Origin: Candidatus Thorarchaeota archaeon
GTDB taxonomy: Archaea; Asgardarchaeota; Thorarchaeia; Thorarchaeales; Thorarchaeaceae
Direction: 5' to 3'
DNA length: 64,000 bases
Assembly: GCA_048882485.1 (NCBI GenBank)
Contig: JBHLRP010000004.1
Coordinates: forward strand, 46,896 to 110,895
The notes beneath the pieces are model-generated. The model was not told the origin of the DNA. It was given only the letters and a program-made list of their open reading frames with translations, and did no database searches. Made by a program: the position numbers and the translations under genes. Shown here one piece after another: positions 20,091 through 28,899 of the stretch (the first letter of the stretch is position 1; every line of letters starts with the position of its first letter).

Positions 20091-23000
20091 TTATCGCCTC
20101 CTAGGTCTGAGCGGGCTTGGGCCCAGTTTATCAGCGACTTCAGTCAGCTTCTTCACAGTTTCCGCCCAGATTGGGCCTTCGCTGGCACTTATTTGGGTGA
20201 ACTGGAGCCTCTCAGGCTCGAGACCTGCTTTCTCAAGAATCTTCCTTGCAATGGCAAACCTTCGCTCAAAGGACACGTTCCCATCGACATAGTGACAGTC
20301 CCCGAAGTGGCAGCCCGAAACCCACACCATGTCAGCTCCCATTCTGAAAGCCTCCAGCATGTGAGTCACGCTGACTCGGCCTGTGCACATCACCCGGATG
20401 TCACGGACCGTGGTCGGCTGTTGGAACCTTGAAACACCTGCACTGTCAGCACCTGCATACGAACACCAATTACAGAGGATCGTCACTATCCTCGACTCAG
20501 TGGCTGGCATGTCCTCCAAAGATGAACGAATCTGAGCCAGTATCTGGTCGTCAGTGAAGTGCTTCATTGTGATGGCTCCGGCGGGGCATCCGGCAGCGCA
20601 TTTACCGCATCCAGCACAGAGAACCGGATTGGAAACTGCATAATCAGAGCCGCCGTCACCAGGCACGACCTCAATTGCATTGTAAGCACAGTTTATCTCA
20701 CACGTACCGCAACCAACGCAGACTTCAGGGTCAACAACAGAAACGATAGCTTCAGCCTTCCGGATGCCGCTGGCTAGAGGTATTAGTGCTCTTGATGCAG
20801 CACCTCGACCTTGAGCTACGGATTCAGCAATTGTCTTTGGAGCAGTAGCAGTCCCAGCGACATAAACACCATCTGTCTGGAAATCTACTGGTCTGAGCTT
20901 TGGATGCGCCTCCATGAAGAACCCAGACATATTGAGTGGGACCTTGAATAGCTCAGAGATCTCCTTGTTCTTCTCCCGTGGAATCATAGCAGTTGAGAGA
21001 ACAACATGGTCAACATCAAATGCCACCTCAGCACCGAAGACTTGGTCCATGACCTCTACACGTAGCGCCTTGTCCTTGCCTTTCTTCACGCTGGGTGGAC
21101 TAGCCTGATCAAACCTGAGAAATACAACTCCCTTCTCTCGAGCCTCTCTGTATTTGTCCTCGTCCTCATAGGACACCCTGATGTCACGATAGAGATGGAA
21201 GACTCTCGAGTTGGGATACTTATCAAGCAGTTCTAGTGTGTGCTCTAGGGCGATTTTACAGCATATTCCTGAACACCAGGTCCGGCCACCTTCGAGGGAC
21301 TCCTCTTCGCGAGAACCTGCACAATGAATGACCGCAAAGGTCTGACCGTCCTCGATTCCTTCACCGTCTGCTGTCTTGTGATTGAACTCGACCTCCGTGA
21401 TAACATTGTCCAGCTTCTTCAGGCCGTAAAGACCCTTTTCAGTGAGTTCAGTGGCACCTGTGGCAACAATGACAACTCCGACCTTGACCTCTTGCTTCTC
21501 CTTTCCTGTCTTTATAGTGATATCAAAATCACCAATTGAGCCCTTAGCATCAGTCACTTCGGAGTTCATCATCAACTGGATGTTCGGATTGCCTGTGACG
21601 GCCGCCTCGAACTCCTTCACTATCTCTGCGCTTGGTCTGTGATCAAAATTGACTGTTCGGAGCTCATTCAGAAAGCCTCCGACCTTGTCCTCCTTCTCGA
21701 CAAGAACCACCTTGAATCCCTTCTGAGCGATAAGGTCGGCTGCAGCCATTCCAGATACTCCGGCACCAATGACCAGGACAGTTGGTTCAATCTGGGTGAC
21801 TGCTTCTTCCTGAGCCTCCAGAAGTCTTGCTCGTGCCACGGACATTCGTACAAGGTCGTTTGCCTTGGATGTTGCCTCATCCTTTGCAGCCTGATGCACC
21901 CATGAACAGTGTTCTCTGATGTTTGCGAGCTCAAACAGATACTTGTTGAGGCCAGCTTCTTCGATTGTGGCACGGAACAGAGGCTCATGCGTTCGGGGCG
22001 TGCAAGAGGCGACAACCAAGCGGTTCAGGTTATGTTCCTTGATAGCTTCCTTGATTACATCTTGAGCGTCTGATGAACATGAGTAGAGAAGGTTCTCTGA
22101 ATAGACTACACCGGGGAGAGTACTTGCGTACTCTGTGACTTCTGCAACATCAACAGTTCCAGCGATGTTGATTCCACACGAGCAAATGATCACGCCAATC
22201 CGCGGCTCTGCAGCTATGAGTTCGAAGTCTGCTTCAGTAAGGGCTTCGCTCTCTGACGCTTCAGGCAAGACAATATCCATTGCAGCCATTGCCGCTGCTG
22301 CGCTCCCCTGAGCTACAGAGTCAGGGATATCCTTGGGGAAATTGCATGCTCCACACATGTGCACACCAGGAACGCCTGTCTGAACCGAATCGACTCCATC
22401 TCCCTTGCCTTTGATGAACCCATACTGATCTAGTTCAATCCCCAGCTTCTCCATTAATTCTGAATTCTTGTTTGGCACCATAGCAGGGCAAAGGACCACA
22501 AGGTCGTAACTGTCCTTCAAGATCTCGTGTCCCTTTGCATCACTGTGACGGACGATTAGGTTCTGGGTTTCAGGCTCCTCAGTGATGTAGCTGGGCAGGC
22601 CCTTGACATAGTTTATCCCATACTCTGTTTCTCCTCTAACCACAAACTCTTCGAAACCCTTTCCAAAAGCTCTCATGTCATTGTATAGGATGTCAATATG
22701 TACCTCAGGAGTATGCTCTTTGGTGATGATCGCTTCTTTGGTAGCATACGTACAACATATTCTCGAACAATATGCGCAGTGGTTTGCATCTCGGCTACCG
22801 ACGCATTGAATAAACGCAATATGATGAGGCTCCTTTCCGTCGGAGGGGCGCATAACAATCCCTTTTGTGGGACCACTGGCTGAGACCATTCGTTCATACT
22901 CAAGTGCGGTCACAACATTTGGAAATCGACCATACCCATACTCCGGGACTGAGGATGCATCAAGTAGGTCATACCCCGTGGCAACAATTATCGACCCTGC

Positions 23001-23549
23001 ATTGATATTCACAATCTCATCAGGAATCTCAAAATCAATGGCCTCTGCCTTGCAGGTCTTAACGCAGGTCATGCACTCAATACAGTTCTCCATATCAATA
23101 GTAGCAATGTTAGGTACGGCTTGAGGAAACGGAATATAGGCCGCCTTTCTCATCTTCAGACCCATGTCATACTCGTTTCTCACTTCGATAGGACAGACAC
23201 GCTCGCAGTCACCGCACCCAGTGCACTTGTCCAAGTCCACCCTTCTTGTGTGCTTCATAACCTTGACCATGAAATTACCAGGCTCTCCAGAAACATCAGT
23301 GACTTCCGAATATGCTAGTAGCTCAATATTGCGATGACGAGAACAATCAACCATCCATGGACCTTGAATGCACATTGAACAGTCAAGTGTGGGGAATGTC
23401 TTGTCCAGTTGGGACATATGACCTCCAATTGAGGGATTCTTCTCGACCATATAGACTTGGACGCCCATTTCAGCGAGGTCAAGTGCAGCTCGCATTCCTG
23501 CAATACCCGCGCCGATGATGACAACTGGCTTTGTAGCAGACTCGGCCAT
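20091..23549 (-). CDS. hdrA: HdrA (two FAD modules) fused to MvhD
   Basis: DKTFPTLDCSMC, two FAD motifs, IGVIICSCG, ferredoxin motifs; C-terminal MvhD [2Fe-2S] motifs CNWCSYAGAD, RVMCTGR and GCHFGDCHY. Confidence 0.95.
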   Translation of the reverse strand: MAESATKPVVIIGAGIAGMRAALDLAEMGVQVYMVEKNPSIGGHMSQLDKTFPTLDCSMCIQGPWMVDCSRHRNIELLAYSEVTDVSGEPGNFMVKVMKHTRRVDLDKCTGCGDCERVCPIEVRNEYDMGLKMRKAAYIPFPQAVPNIATIDMENCIECMTCVKTCKAEAIDFEIPDEIVNINAGSIIVATGYDLLDASSVPEYGYGRFPNVVTALEYERMVSASGPTKGIVMRPSDGKEPHHIAFIQCVGSRDANHCAYCSRICCTYATKEAIITKEHTPEVHIDILYNDMRAFGKGFEEFVVRGETEYGINYVKGLPSYITEEPETQNLIVRHSDAKGHEILKDSYDLVVLCPAMVPNKNSELMEKLGIELDQYGFIKGKGDGVDSVQTGVPGVHMCGACNFPKDIPDSVAQGSAAAAMAAMDIVLPEASESEALTEADFELIAAEPRIGVIICSCGINIAGTVDVAEVTEYASTLPGVVYSENLLYSCSSDAQDVIKEAIKEHNLNRLVVASCTPRTHEPLFRATIEEAGLNKYLFELANIREHCSWVHQAAKDEATSKANDLVRMSVARARLLEAQEEAVTQIEPTVLVIGAGVSGMAAADLIAQKGFKVVLVEKEDKVGGFLNELRTVNFDHRPSAEIVKEFEAAVTGNPNIQLMMNSEVTDAKGSIGDFDITIKTGKEKQEVKVGVVIVATGATELTEKGLYGLKKLDNVITEVEFNHKTADGEGIEDGQTFAVIHCAGSREEESLEGGRTWCSGICCKIALEHTLELLDKYPNSRVFHLYRDIRVSYEDEDKYREAREKGVVFLRFDQASPPSVKKGKDKALRVEVMDQVFGAEVAFDVDHVVLSTAMIPREKNKEISELFKVPLNMSGFFMEAHPKLRPVDFQTDGVYVAGTATAPKTIAESVAQGRGAASRALIPLASGIRKAEAIVSVVDPEVCVGCGTCEINCAYNAIEVVPGDGGSDYAVSNPVLCAGCGKCAAGCPAGAITMKHFTDDQILAQIRSSLEDMPATESRIVTILCNWCSYAGADSAGVSRFQQPTTVRDIRVMCTGRVSVTHMLEAFRMGADMVWVSGCHFGDCHYVDGNVSFERRFAIARKILEKAGLEPERLQFTQISASEGPIWAETVKKLTEVADKLGPSPLRPRRR

Positions 23550-23650
23550 TCGTTAGTCCACTCCGACGTAACAATGCGCATCGGTTCAATGGCATGATAA
23601 AATGTTTGTTATCGGACGATGAAATCAGACCCATAGGTTTCGAGCCCAGG

Positions 23651-23875
23651 CTATTCGAGTAGTCCTATGATTTGTGGACTCTTTGGAATGAGGGCTCTCT
23701 GAATCCTGATGGCACGCACTGGGCATTGAAACTCACAAGAGGTGCAATCAATGCATCTTTTCGCATTTACAAGCTCAGCCTTCCTTTTACTCTGGCTGAA
23801 CCCCCAGACTCCTCTTGGGCACACCTTCAAGCAGTCTTGGCAACCGGAACAGGCCTCATAGTCATAAATTATCAT
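23651..23875 (-). CDS. 2x[4Fe-4S] ferredoxin (HgcB-like position)
   Basis: CSGCQDCLKVCP and CIDCTSCEFQCP; ATG 23875 behind a GAGGTGA SD, 10 nt after the HgcA-like stop. Confidence 0.88.
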   Translation of the reverse strand: MIIYDYEACSGCQDCLKVCPRGVWGFSQSKRKAELVNAKRCIDCTSCEFQCPVRAIRIQRALIPKSPQIIGLLE

Positions 23876-23885
23876 GTCATTCACC

Positions 23886-24881
23886 TCAAATGATGCCCGA
23901 AGGATAGTAGAATCCCAGGACAAAGATAACAATCAACGACCCAATACCCGCGATTATATCACGGATCATCTGGTCCTCTCCTAACTGAGGAGTAGAGCCT
24001 CCCCAATTGAATCCCACAAACAACGACAGTCCGATTATCGCGAGACCACTTGTATCTAGCCATGCCCATTCGGTGAGTACAGCCAGGTATGTGTCTGAGA
24101 GAAACGCGACGATTAGCCAAATGATTTTCCATACGAATAGCGCGATTACTCCAGTTATCGCACCCCTCATATAACCCGAGGAAGTTGGCATCTTTGAATC
24201 GACCATGGCCATAAACGTGCCCAGAGTCCATGCTCCACAAATGATTAGCAAGAGGTTTGCCATCCAGAAGCTGGACCATGACCGGAAGACTCCACCCATT
24301 AGCCCGAGTGCCCAGAAGATTGGTGTCATCATCAGGAACATTGTGGTTTCAAAGAAGAGATGGGCAAGATTGCATTCCATTCGCCTGTAGAAGCCGAACT
24401 TTACAATGCTCTGGTCGAGGGTCTTCTTGTTTCCATTTTTGATGAACCTGCCTACGTCCTCAATCTCTACGGGTCCGAAGACAGCGTTCCATCCATTGTC
24501 TGATAATACAGCCTTTGAGATTGAGCTCGCAGCAAGTTGAGGGAGTATTAGATTCCTGTGAGAAACTACGCTCTCCAATTTGGTTGAGCTGATTGCGGTT
24601 AGTACAGAGTCAGTGTTTACATGGCCGCCTCTGCTGCCACACCAGACATTGATTCCATGACCATCAACAACCAGAAGATGACAGCTCAAGTGCTGTTTTT
24701 CAATCTCCTCAGTCACTTTGAACACAGTCATGTAATAGTCTGTTGTGACAATCACTGGTGATTCATGATCCGCTCCATTGAATGAGAACAAACCTTGGGC
24801 TGACTTGATGGCCAATGCGGGCCACATCCATTGCGAGCCTAACAGACATGCAAAGTACTTCCAGCCTTTCTTCATAGTCAT
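23886..24881 (-). CDS. HgcA-like membrane-anchored corrinoid protein (CdhD/HgcA family)
   Basis: SPVIVTTDY, LLVVDGHGINVWCGSRGG (cap helix), LILPQLAA and FGPV, followed by about 5 TM helices. Confidence 0.85.
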   Translation of the reverse strand: MTMKKGWKYFACLLGSQWMWPALAIKSAQGLFSFNGADHESPVIVTTDYYMTVFKVTEEIEKQHLSCHLLVVDGHGINVWCGSRGGHVNTDSVLTAISSTKLESVVSHRNLILPQLAASSISKAVLSDNGWNAVFGPVEIEDVGRFIKNGNKKTLDQSIVKFGFYRRMECNLAHLFFETTMFLMMTPIFWALGLMGGVFRSWSSFWMANLLLIICGAWTLGTFMAMVDSKMPTSSGYMRGAITGVIALFVWKIIWLIVAFLSDTYLAVLTEWAWLDTSGLAIIGLSLFVGFNWGGSTPQLGEDQMIRDIIAGIGSLIVIFVLGFYYPSGII

Positions 24882-25528
24882 GCCTCCGCTACAAATAACT
24901 CATAGAGACCTCCCATTAGAGTCACTCTATACCTGGGGCTCAGGCCAGCAGATCTCATTGAAGCAGGAATATTGTGATGAGTGTGTGACACAACATTACT
25001 CAATCGAGAAACTAGTCTGAAGCTCAATCTTCGAATCAGCCCAAAGAAAGGTGCAATGAGTCTACTCTGTGGAATACCCTCTCCGCCAACTACCACTTGC
25101 CCGCCTCGGACAACTACTCTCGCTGCTTCGTTCAGGAAAGCCTTCAGTTGTTTCGGCTGTAGCTCGCTCACCATTAGGGTGCTCACAACCACGTCAAAGA
25201 CACCATCATCGAAATCAAGCGCAGTGGCATCTCCATATCTGACATCTATGCGTCTTGTCAGGTTGTGCTTCTTGACATGCTCTTCAGCAATTTGAAGCAT
25301 TTCCTTATTGGTGTCTACTCCAATCCCACGGATGCCTCGCCTTCCAGCTTCGATTAGGAGTTTCCCAGTGCCACAACCAATGTCAAGCAATTTACCTTTC
25401 CTTGGTAAGAGATTATCAACGATATAGTTCCGGAGGGCGCTGTCCTGTTTGAATGTGAGAAGAGATATCCACCTATCATACTGAGTTGCTGCTCTATCCT
25501 CTGATAGCTTCATCAGGATGGTTGCCAT
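24878..25528 (-). CDS. Class I SAM-dependent methyltransferase (corrinoid-protein-associated)
   Basis: Motif I LLDIGCGTG, GDATALDFDDGVFDVVVS; ATGA overlap with the HgcA-like gene. Confidence 0.9.
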   Translation of the reverse strand: MATILMKLSEDRAATQYDRWISLLTFKQDSALRNYIVDNLLPRKGKLLDIGCGTGKLLIEAGRRGIRGIGVDTNKEMLQIAEEHVKKHNLTRRIDVRYGDATALDFDDGVFDVVVSTLMVSELQPKQLKAFLNEAARVVVRGGQVVVGGEGIPQSRLIAPFFGLIRRLSFRLVSRLSNVVSHTHHNIPASMRSAGLSPRYRVTLMGGLYELFVAEA

Positions 25529-25594
25529 TGTGGATACGCCACATGTACTTAGGACAGTTCAGCTATATCAGGATGCTGTACTTCCAAGCGGGCT

Positions 25595-25969
25595 TCAGCC
25601 TTTGATAATCATGGGTGTGACAAACGTCCAGAAACCTACACCGAGCAGGACTATGTAGTTCAGGTCTCCCAGACTAATGGCCAATATTCTGATGCTTGCT
25701 AAAATGATGTAAAGCATTGATGTCACAAATGCAACAACAAGTTGGGGCCGAAGGTCAACCTTCTAATCTCGAATCTCAAAATGCCAAAACAGTACAATGG
25801 CAGCAATAAGGACCATCACGACTGCTGCGACTTGAAAGGGAACGTTCAGTGTGGCAAATGGGGTCAAAAGTCCCTCTACGGTTGTCATGAGCGCAATAAT
25901 GTAGATTGGCGTCAGTTTGCCAAGCCTGTGAAGATAACTATCATCTGCATCAATATTTGTCAATCTCAT
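25595..25969 (-). pseudogene. Small 4-TM membrane protein gene with one in-frame TAG (pseudogene or readthrough)
   Basis: AGGAGG SD + ATG 25969; TAG at 25763-25765; the frame stays open for 55 more, mostly hydrophobic codons (KVDLRPQLVVAFVTSMLYIILASIRILAISLGDLNYIVLLGVGFWTFVTPMIIKG) to TGA at 25595. Confidence 0.7.
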
Positions 25970-26539
25970 TTCCTCCTGACCAGACTTGTTTCAGTCTGGA
26001 CTTGTCTTTCATCTCTTCAAGCGCAAGTAGGCTGCACTTGGTTGGCAATTAGTTATCGCTAGAGGACGAAACATGCTACTGCCTATGTTCGAGGGGGTTT
26101 CGTGGGCATTGATTGGCGCCAAACCATTTTCGAGTGTTTGACTTAACTATTTCAAATAGGTGACCTCATATATTACAGGGATAACGTCCGATTCGGGAGA
26201 CGCAGATGAAGTGCAGGCGGTTATACACGCGGGCATATCTTACGCGGATGAAGTCAAGAGATTATGTCGATAGGACCCATGATCTCTCCAAGATCGAGAT
26301 TGTTCTACCGCAGCGAATCAAGAGTTAGTCTGCACCGAGATGTTTCATTTTGATAGTGCCACGATAGGGTGTTCTCTAGACGCCTGTCAGACTTGGCTAT
26401 CGTACCCACATGGAACAATTTGAAGCATTATGAAGGTTCTAGTAGCGCTAGAAGGGATATGGGGTCTTCTAGCAGGCAGAATTCAGTACTCTTGTTCATC
26501 TTTATTATATATGCTCGATTTAAGACGCATCTTGGTGAT

Positions 26540-27778
26540 ATGGTGAAACATCCCAAACTTCTGAGATATGCAGCTGTGCTCGCATTTCTAGTTTTGCTGC
26601 TCTCGCCAATGAGCGTACTTGCCCAAAGTGATGACGGCGATGAGCATGAAGAAGAACATGAGCCTGAATATTCTAGAGATAGCGATGGTACAGCTTGGAT
26701 ACAGACCGATATAGTCACCGTACGGCTTGATGGTGAACAGCCTATTTTCCAGTTCTGGTACTCATCCGATAGCAATGGAAGCCACGCCAGATTCCTTGTG
26801 AGCTATCTGATGATTGTTGAGTTTGAAGATCTCAATGGTGATGGAGTCTACCAGGTTAATGAAACGTTAGACTTCGCTCCGCTCGACGCCTTTGAGTGGG
26901 CCCTTCAGACTGGAGCGGTCACTGATGAACATGGACATAACACAGAGGTCTATGCATCGTATACAAAAGGCGGACTAAGTGAAGATTGGGAAGATGATTG
27001 GTTTGAGGATTGGATGCCCGGCTATAAGGAAGTGGATGAGCCCGAAGAGCCGTTCATCCTGAGTAGCGACAGTGACATCAACTTCACTCGTTTCGAAGGA
27101 ATGACCCTTCAATTCTACGCCCATATGTACCTAGATGACTACAATGGGACGGTGAGTGATGATGAAGGGGTCAAAGCCAATTACACTGTGCTCGGCGGAG
27201 TCGAGTTGAAAATTGACATCGAAATCGGGAACTTCCCATATCTCTCTGAAACATCTCATGTCGCGATACTGAACTTCCTCCAAGAGGACGTCGCTTCCGA
27301 AGATGACTCTGATCACCACTTCAGACTTCATGAAGATGATGAGGATGAGGACCGTGACTCTGAGGATCTAATGCCGGAGGAGGAGTGGGGAAAGAAATTC
27401 GAGGATGCGGATGAGGATGATGATGGGCATGAGGATGATGTTCAAGAACTCTCCTTGGTTGAAGCTTCAACTGATACAACACGCGGATTCTATCGCTGGC
27501 TGGACAAAGCTGTCATGACTCTTCCCGGGGGAAGCCAGGAGGCAGTTGATGTCGAGGCGTCCTACTGGACTAACGGAAACGCCCTACTGCTATTCTTCTC
27601 CTACCCCAACTTTGACGGGGGATCTCTCTTACACGACCCATCTATGAGGTTTGCAGAGCTTGCAGCACCTCTCGGGAATGGTGGACTCATTATTCCGGAG
27701 GGCATTGTACTCCCGGCAATTGCTGCTATCGCGCTTGTTGCAGTAGTTGGCCTAGGAATAGCAATTAAAAAACGTTAG
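26540..27778 (+). CDS. Secreted, C-terminally anchored Asp/Glu/His-rich surface protein
   Basis: Signal peptide from ATG 26540, DLNGDG motif, long acidic tracts, C-terminal TM followed by IKKR. Confidence 0.8.
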   Translation: MVKHPKLLRYAAVLAFLVLLLSPMSVLAQSDDGDEHEEEHEPEYSRDSDGTAWIQTDIVTVRLDGEQPIFQFWYSSDSNGSHARFLVSYLMIVEFEDLNGDGVYQVNETLDFAPLDAFEWALQTGAVTDEHGHNTEVYASYTKGGLSEDWEDDWFEDWMPGYKEVDEPEEPFILSSDSDINFTRFEGMTLQFYAHMYLDDYNGTVSDDEGVKANYTVLGGVELKIDIEIGNFPYLSETSHVAILNFLQEDVASEDDSDHHFRLHEDDEDEDRDSEDLMPEEEWGKKFEDADEDDDGHEDDVQELSLVEASTDTTRGFYRWLDKAVMTLPGGSQEAVDVEASYWTNGNALLLFFSYPNFDGGSLLHDPSMRFAELAAPLGNGGLIIPEGIVLPAIAAIALVAVVGLGIAIKKR

Positions 27779-27785
27779 TCAAAAC

Positions 27786-27818
27786 TGGAGGGGGACAATT
27801 CTCCCTCCAACCATTTAG
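27786..27818 (+). terminator. Hairpin terminator
   Basis: 10-bp stem TGGAGGGGGA/TCTCCCTCCA (one G-U pair), loop CAAT, then ACCATTTAG. Confidence 0.55.
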
Positions 27819-27859
27819 TTTCACACCACAACCTTATTGGATGAATTGATACTACAGAC

Positions 27860-28882
27860 ATGACAGGATTGCTAATGATGGCCACCAAGAGCACAAAGAT
27901 ATTCGCACTAACAACCGGCTTTCTTGTGATGCTAATTGTGATAGGATTTCCCATTCCAGTCCATGGTCAGACCCAAGATTTCGTCCTGTCCAATGTGGTG
28001 ATAGATGCCATTCTAAATCAGAATTGCACTACAAGCATCTCAATTGAAGCGGATATTGTGAATAATGGGTCAGTCGATTTGAGCTTCATCGACCTAAGGC
28101 TAGATATTCGGAGTTTGAATGTGACAAATAGTGTTCTTGGAGGCGGGCATGCTGAAACGGTTCTTGAACCCAAGGAGCGATATTCTATGGTCAGAGTTTC
28201 TTCAGCATCTTTGATACCGCTCAATAGTACAAGCCATCTCTCGCTCATGCTGACAACTAATGAACTACAACAACGACAAGATCCCTCTCCAACTGGACCA
28301 TTATGTACAAATCATTTCATCTATTACATACGGCCCTTGAATGAGATACAGGGCCTCACCTTTAGGACTCACCTCCCTGCTCATGCTACATTGGAAGCGG
28401 ATGCACCAGCACCACTATTCCCCGTACCAACAAGCAATTTCACCGATGGAAATAGGATGGTCTTCACCTGGGAAACCGCCGTTCTACGTCCAGGGGAAGA
28501 ACAAGCCTTCATCGTGAAGTATCAGCTGCCTACTGGGCTTTTACAAACCGACTCTTCAGAACCTGTTAATCTTCTCCTCTTTGCGGGAGTAGGTGTAGCA
28601 ATTGGTGCGGTTGCTGCATTATCGATTGAAAGACTGCCTACAGCGATTAGACAGCTCCGGACAAAGAGAGAGAGCACAATCAGTGTTGTTTCAAGTCAAG
28701 AGCAGCAGGTCCTAGCTTTGCTGGATGGCAAGGGAGGATCATGTCTTCAGAGAGAAATCTATGAAGAGCTGAACATGTCTCAATCAATGGCAAGCATGCT
28801 GCTGAACTCGCTTGAAGAGAGAGGCTTAATAAAGCGATTTAGAGATGGCCGCGAGAACATGGTCCACAAGATGGAAACTTGA
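27860..28882 (+). CDS. Membrane-anchored winged-helix transcriptional regulator
   Basis: Signal/TM, extracellular beta domain, TM, then C-terminal wHTH (QREIYEELNMSQSMASMLLNSLEERGLIKRFRDGREN). Confidence 0.82.
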   Translation: MTGLLMMATKSTKIFALTTGFLVMLIVIGFPIPVHGQTQDFVLSNVVIDAILNQNCTTSISIEADIVNNGSVDLSFIDLRLDIRSLNVTNSVLGGGHAETVLEPKERYSMVRVSSASLIPLNSTSHLSLMLTTNELQQRQDPSPTGPLCTNHFIYYIRPLNEIQGLTFRTHLPAHATLEADAPAPLFPVPTSNFTDGNRMVFTWETAVLRPGEEQAFIVKYQLPTGLLQTDSSEPVNLLLFAGVGVAIGAVAALSIERLPTAIRQLRTKRESTISVVSSQEQQVLALLDGKGGSCLQREIYEELNMSQSMASMLLNSLEERGLIKRFRDGRENMVHKMET

Positions 28883-28899
28883 GAAGTGATATTGCCGCC

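Noticed and set aside
14061-23549. Selenocysteine recoding in HdrA/MvhD, which are selenoproteins in some Asgard archaea and methanogens
   Set aside because: Both HdrA ORFs and the MvhD domain are uninterrupted with Cys at the relevant motifs (ECSAC, DCSMC, CNWC, GDCHY); no in-frame TGA needs explaining.
23651-24881. Calling these genes hgcA/hgcB and the organism a mercury methylator
   Set aside because: The cap helix deviates (NVWCGSRGG) and the ferredoxin lacks the HgcB motif and C-terminal cysteines, so gene symbols were withheld.
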